From assembly GCA_004376325.1 (NCBI GenBank), contig SOKC01000031.1, positions 1 to 49,086 on the forward strand: a stretch of DNA of 49,086 bases. Direction: 5' to 3'. This document shows positions 45,474 through 49,086 of the stretch, piece after piece (position 1 is the stretch's first letter; the number at the start of each line of letters is the position of its first letter). The DNA is from Actinomycetota bacterium (GTDB lineage: Bacteria; Actinomycetota; Humimicrobiia; Humimicrobiales; Humimicrobiaceae). Position numbers and translations under genes: made by a program. The notes beneath the pieces were generated by a model. That model searched no databases and was not told the DNA's origin. It worked only from the letters and a program-made list of their open reading frames with translations.

Positions 45474-46772
45474 TTATTTGTTTATATAAACTAATTCGCC
45501 GCCACTTATGGTACAGATTACTTTTCCCCACAGTTTCTGCCCTATAAATGCGCTGTTTTTGCTTTTTGAGACAAAATCTTCCTTTTTTACCTCTTCTTCA
45601 GCTTCCGTATCTATAACAGCAATATTTGCAGTTTTGCCCATCTCTATCTTCCCTGCATCAATACCCAGAATTTTTGCGGGTGATGTGGTAATCAAACTTA
45701 TAAGCTTAAGAAGACTTATTTTTTCCTCCCTGCACAGTTTGCTGAAAGCAGCGCTAAATAAGGTCTCAAGTCCAATGGTTCCAAACTCAGCAAGCCTGAA
45801 AGTCGTATTTTTTTCAGTGTCAAGATGGGGAGCATGGTCACTTGCTATGGCATCAATTACTCCCCCTTTTACACCTTCTATCAGGGCCAGCCTGTCTTCC
45901 TCGCTTCTTATAGGGGGCTTTACCTTAAGGTTTGTATTAAAGGAGGCAAGATAGCTGTCATTGAAGAACAGATGATGTGGGGTTACATCACAGGTTATAT
46001 CCAGTCCGCCTTCTCTGGCTTTTTTTATCATTTCTACTCCGCCCCTTGTACTTACATGGGTTATATGAATTTTTGCCCTGCTCCTGCCGGCAAGAATTAT
46101 ATCTCTTGCAATAATTACATCATCACTCAGGCTGGATATTCCATCAAGCCCCAGCATTGCTGAATAGCACCCTTCATTTACAAGGCCCCCTCCGGATACG
46201 TAGCAATCTTCCTCATGTAATACCAGAGGAAGACCAAATTGAGTTGAATATCTCATAACTTCATACATAAGCCGGCTGTCGCTTATACACCTGCCGTCAT
46301 CTGAAAAACCAACCGCTCCCGCTTCAGCCAAAAGCCCCATATCAGTAATATCGGTGCCTTTAAGGCCTCTGGTCATAGCGGCTACAGGAAGGACCTTGCA
46401 GGCTGCGCTTTGCGATTTTTCCAAAATATATTTAACCATAGACTCACTATCTATTGGAGGACTGGTATTGGGCATACAGGCAACTGTAGTTATTCCTCCT
46501 TTTACCGCAGATAACGCTCCGCTCTCAATGGTCTCCTCATCTTCAAAGCCGGGATCACGCAGATGAACATGCATATCTACAAAGCCGGGACAGACTATAC
46601 AGCCTTTTGCGTCAATTTTAACCGTATCATTCCCCACTGCCTTGATATTCTCTTTTATTCTGGCCACAATCCCATTTTTAATATAAATATCAGATACAAA
46701 TTCCTTACCCTTTTCAGGGTCGATTACCATGCCTGACTTTATTAATATGTTTTTGCTCTCATTTTTATTCAT
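45474..46772 (-). CDS. pyrC: Dihydroorotase
   Basis: PGFVDMHVHLRDPG and DHAPH motifs. Confidence 0.9.
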   Translation of the reverse strand: MNKNESKNILIKSGMVIDPEKGKEFVSDIYIKNGIVARIKENIKAVGNDTVKIDAKGCIVCPGFVDMHVHLRDPGFEDEETIESGALSAVKGGITTVACMPNTSPPIDSESMVKYILEKSQSAACKVLPVAAMTRGLKGTDITDMGLLAEAGAVGFSDDGRCISDSRLMYEVMRYSTQFGLPLVLHEEDCYVSGGGLVNEGCYSAMLGLDGISSLSDDVIIARDIILAGRSRAKIHITHVSTRGGVEMIKKAREGGLDITCDVTPHHLFFNDSYLASFNTNLKVKPPIRSEEDRLALIEGVKGGVIDAIASDHAPHLDTEKNTTFRLAEFGTIGLETLFSAAFSKLCREEKISLLKLISLITTSPAKILGIDAGKIEMGKTANIAVIDTEAEEEVKKEDFVSKSKNSAFIGQKLWGKVICTISGGELVYINK

Positions 46773-46781
46773 AAAAAAATT

Positions 46782-47702
46782 TTAACCCAATATTAAATAA
46801 AGTATTGCCATTCTAATTGCCACCCCATAAGTTACCTGCTCTTCAATTACAATCTTTTCTGCCAGCTTTCCGCTGGTATCCATTACTTCATCAGTAATCT
46901 CTATTCCCCTGTTTACCGGTCCCGGGTGCATGACAATGGAGCCGGGCTTCATTCTCTTAAGCCTTTCCATATCCAGGCCCAGAAACCGGTTGTATTCCAT
47001 TACCGATGGATAAAATTTCCTGTCCTGCCTTTCAAACTGCATCCTGAGTATATATATAATATCGGCATCTTCTATAACATCATCTATACAGTGCTTGACT
47101 TTCATGCCGGAAAAATCTTCAGGAAGGAACATTGTTGGAGAGACTACAGTGACATCCATACCCATCTTTTCAAATAAGTTCATATTGGATCTTGCCACTC
47201 TGCTGTTCAGAAAATCTCCCACGATAGCTGCTTTTAATCCCTCAAACTTTCCAAATCTTTTCTTTATGGTATACAGGTCCAGTAGCGCCTGGGTTGGATG
47301 CTGGTGTTTGCCATCACCGGCGTTTATTACCGGAATATTTACAAATCCGTCAACCATTCTGACCGTTCCGCTGTCACTATGCCTTATAACAATTAAATCA
47401 ACTTTCATTGAAAGTATAGTTTTTATGGTATCAATTATGGATTCACCTTTTTTAAGGCTGCTGTCTAAGGGAGAAAAATTAATTATATCAGCGCTCAGCC
47501 TTTTTGCAGCAATCTCAAATGAAGTCCTGGTTCTGGTACTGGGTTCAAAAAACAGGTTAATTACAGTCTTACCCCGCAGTGTTGGAACTTTTTTAACATC
47601 CCTTCTTGATATTTCAAGAAAAGAATCGGCATTTGAAAGTATCAGCTTTATATCTTCCAGGCTCAGGCTGTTAGCATCCAGTATACTTTTTTTACTTAGC
47701 AT
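46782..47702 (-). CDS. pyrB: Aspartate carbamoyltransferase catalytic subunit
   Basis: FFEPSTRTRTSFE, HQHPTQ and MHPGPVNRG motifs. Confidence 0.95.
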   Translation of the reverse strand: MLSKKSILDANSLSLEDIKLILSNADSFLEISRRDVKKVPTLRGKTVINLFFEPSTRTRTSFEIAAKRLSADIINFSPLDSSLKKGESIIDTIKTILSMKVDLIVIRHSDSGTVRMVDGFVNIPVINAGDGKHQHPTQALLDLYTIKKRFGKFEGLKAAIVGDFLNSRVARSNMNLFEKMGMDVTVVSPTMFLPEDFSGMKVKHCIDDVIEDADIIYILRMQFERQDRKFYPSVMEYNRFLGLDMERLKRMKPGSIVMHPGPVNRGIEITDEVMDTSGKLAEKIVIEEQVTYGVAIRMAILYLILG

Positions 47703-47704
47703 AG

Positions 47705-48241
47705 TTATCCCTTTTCTACTACCGTAACCCTATCCAGACCATCAGTCTCTTTTAACTTAACCTCGACAGACTCAGTAATTGAAGTGGGGAGATTCTTTCC
47801 CACATAATCTGCTCTTATGGGGAGTTCCCTGTGCCCCCTGTCAATTAAAACCACCAGTTGTATAGACCTGGGCCTTCCAAAATCTATTATTGCATCCAGA
47901 GCTGCTCTTACAGTTCTTCCGGTATACAGCACATCATCAACCAGAATTACATTTTTACCCTCTATGTCAAAGGAAATATCAGTTATCCGGGCATTAGGTT
48001 TTATGTTATGCCCGATATCATCCCTGTAAAAGGTTATATCAAGCTTGCCCGCCTTAATTTCTGTCCCTTCAAACTTCTCAATATTTTTGGCTATTCTATC
48101 TGCCAGCGGTACCCCTCTTTTTTGAATGCCGATAAAAACGAGACTCTCCGGACCCTTGTTTCTTTCCAGTATCTCATGTGAGATTCTCCTGACCACCCTG
48201 TCTATATCATCTTCATTTAATATATGCGCTTTTTCTATCAT
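47705..48241 (-). CDS. pyrR: Pyrimidine operon attenuation regulator / uracil phosphoribosyltransferase PyrR
   Basis: [22 protein letters not shown] motif; 178 aa; first gene of the pyr operon. Confidence 0.9.
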   Translation of the reverse strand: MIEKAHILNEDDIDRVVRRISHEILERNKGPESLVFIGIQKRGVPLADRIAKNIEKFEGTEIKAGKLDITFYRDDIGHNIKPNARITDISFDIEGKNVILVDDVLYTGRTVRAALDAIIDFGRPRSIQLVVLIDRGHRELPIRADYVGKNLPTSITESVEVKLKETDGLDRVTVVEKG

Positions 48242-48254
48242 AACCTTTCACCAC

Positions 48255-48290
48255 ATAAAAAAACCTTCTTACCATATAGATAAGAAGGTT
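48255..48290 (-). terminator. Intrinsic terminator of the pyr leader attenuator
   Basis: Minus strand AACCTTCTTA-TCTATATGG-TAAGAAGGTT followed by TTTTTAT. It ends 13 nt before the pyrR ATG (SD GGTGAAAGG). Confidence 0.75.
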
Positions 48291-48335
48291 AAAATATCGC
48301 TTCTATTACTACTTTTAATAAATATTTTTTTCATT

Positions 48336-48366
48336 CCTTTTTAGCCTCTCGGGACTATTTTAAAGG
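48336..48366 (-). promoter_or_regulatory. PyrR-binding (anti-antiterminator) hairpin
   Basis: Minus strand CCUUUAAAAUAGUCCCGAGAGGCUAAAAAGG. This matches the recalled PyrR box core (A/G)UCC(A/C)GAGAGGCU with a flanking CCUUU/AAAGG stem. Its 3' arm UAAAAAGG can alternatively pair with terminator arm CCUUCUUA. Confidence 0.7.
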
Positions 48367-48527
48367 TAATAAATATTCAGTTTTTTATTCTGCCAAACAG
48401 ATACTATAGGAGATTATAGATAAAAAAACAAGTATAAATTTTAAAAAACCTATCTCATGTTCTTTCTTAGCTGTCTGAGCTTGTAGTTTATATCTCCCTT
48501 GCTGTCTTCTCTTTTTTAATTATAATT

Positions 48528-48800
48528 TCACTCTTTTGAGTTGGAGTTTCCCCTTGTCTGGTTTCTGGCTTCATTCACAACAATAGTTCTCCCCTTGAAG
48601 TCACTCTGATTCAGCTTTTCTATAGCTGCTTTTGCCTGCTCTTCAGTTTCCATTTCCACAAATCCAAAACCTCTTGATTTTCCGTCCATTCTCATAATTA
48701 CTTTTGAGTAAGTAACAGTGCCTTCCTGGGAGAATAGCTCTTCCAGCTCCTTGTCAGTTGTGTTGTAGTCCAGATTACCTACATACATTCTCTTATTCAC
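48528..48800 (-). CDS. RRM (RNP-1/RNP-2) type RNA-binding protein
   Basis: MYVGNL (RNP-2) and RGFGFVEM (RNP-1); 90 aa; GTG start 9 nt after AAGGAAAGG. Confidence 0.85.
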   Translation of the reverse strand: MNKRMYVGNLDYNTTDKELEELFSQEGTVTYSKVIMRMDGKSRGFGFVEMETEEQAKAAIEKLNQSDFKGRTIVVNEARNQTRGNSNSKE

Positions 48801-48989
48801 TTAAAAATACCTTTCCTTAAATTGCTTTTGCTATATTTAAAAAAAGTAGTAGAAACTATTATTTAAAAATGTGGAATAAATAAAAGATGTGGAAAAGAAG
48901 AATTAAATTCTATTTATGTTTACATACTTTAATAAAAAATCCCTACTGCTCAATTTTAAAATGTAAAACTTCTTGAGTAATACCCCAAT

Positions 48990-49018
48990 ATTATATAATA
49001 TATTTTACATTTGTCCAA
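48990..49018 (-). promoter_or_regulatory. Putative promoter TTGGAC-17-TATAAT giving a ~185-nt 5' UTR for the RRM gene
   Basis: Minus strand TTGGAC (49018..49013), a 17-nt spacer, TATAAT (48995..48990). Confidence 0.35.
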
Positions 49019-49086
49019 AGATTATTTTTTTCTCCTACTTTTTATAAATCCTCTCAATTGATATAATTGAATTATTATTTTTTAAA

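Noticed and set aside
45454-45531. N-terminal 26-codon extension of carA in the ORF track (MGKSNLYHKWRRISLYKQITYRRRII...)
   Set aside because: It overlaps the 3' end of pyrC by 58 nt and has no similarity to CarA N-termini. The SD lies downstream of it.
47703-47704. Second PyrR attenuator between pyrR and pyrB, as in Bacillus
   Set aside because: The intergenic gap is 2 nt and pyrP is absent.
47095-47727. 210-aa plus-strand ORF, with similar long antisense ORFs at 18132..18569, 31747..32184, 45508..45954, 38832..39194 and 10540..10881
   Set aside because: Each lies entirely antisense to a motif-verified housekeeping CDS (pyrB, smc, def/priA, pyrC, pyrF, rnhB). They are S/L/F/I-rich and low in complexity, with no SD or recognisable motif. 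These are typical shadow ORFs of an AT-rich genome.
1-49086. CRISPR arrays, tRNA, rRNA, tmRNA, RNase P or SRP RNA genes
   Set aside because: I scanned all gaps above 100 nt (1108-1269, 2572-3325, 5913-6212, 8277-8555, 9670-9895, 27423-28054, 28932-29053, 48242-48527, 48801-49086). I saw no regularly spaced repeats, cloverleaf-like GC-rich segments or conserved RNA boxes. This was not verified with tRNAscan or Infernal.

Overview
Visibly AT-rich bacterial chromosomal segment. Nearly all genes are co-directional on the minus strand, tightly packed and often overlapping by 1-38 nt. About 80% (9.9-48.8 kb) is a housekeeping super-cluster with Firmicutes-like order. Read right to left it runs: RRM RNA-binding protein; a PyrR-attenuated pyrR-pyrB-pyrC-carA-carB-pyrK-pyrD-pyrF-pyrE operon; mIHF-like/gmk/rpoZ/coaBC/metK/priA/def/fmt/rsmB; a small accessory patch (VapBC, rpmB on the + strand, a transposase-HTH relic); yloV/rsmD/coaD/coiled-coil protein/rpmF; an ADP-forming acyl-CoA synthetase plus a DRTGG (Pta-N-like) protein; then plsX/acpP/rnc/smc/ftsY/ffh/rpsP/KH/rimM/trmD/rplS/lepB/rnhB/yraN. 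The left ~9.8 kb is accessory. It holds an XRE-HTH/DUF4065 (Panacea) antitoxin with a RelE/ParE-like toxin, followed by a ~7.2 kb segment bracketed by a 54-bp direct repeat. That segment carries GH130, a GT-B glycosyltransferase, a fused IPCT/DIPPS, myo-inositol-1-phosphate synthase (di-myo-inositol-phosphate type chemistry), a PHP phosphoesterase and a frameshifted Cys4-motif gene. It ends at a comM/yifB gene that appears leaderless. The points most worth a second look are: an SMC ortholog of only 772 aa with no recognisable hinge; the repeat-bracketed inositol-phosphate island with its GT/GH130 pair; the Panacea-type TA; the ACD/DRTGG pair splitting rpmF from plsX; and genes whose conserved N-termini can only be reached from ATT/ATA codons. 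I recognised no rRNA, tRNA or CRISPR array. All calls come from reading translations and motifs by eye; no searches were run.
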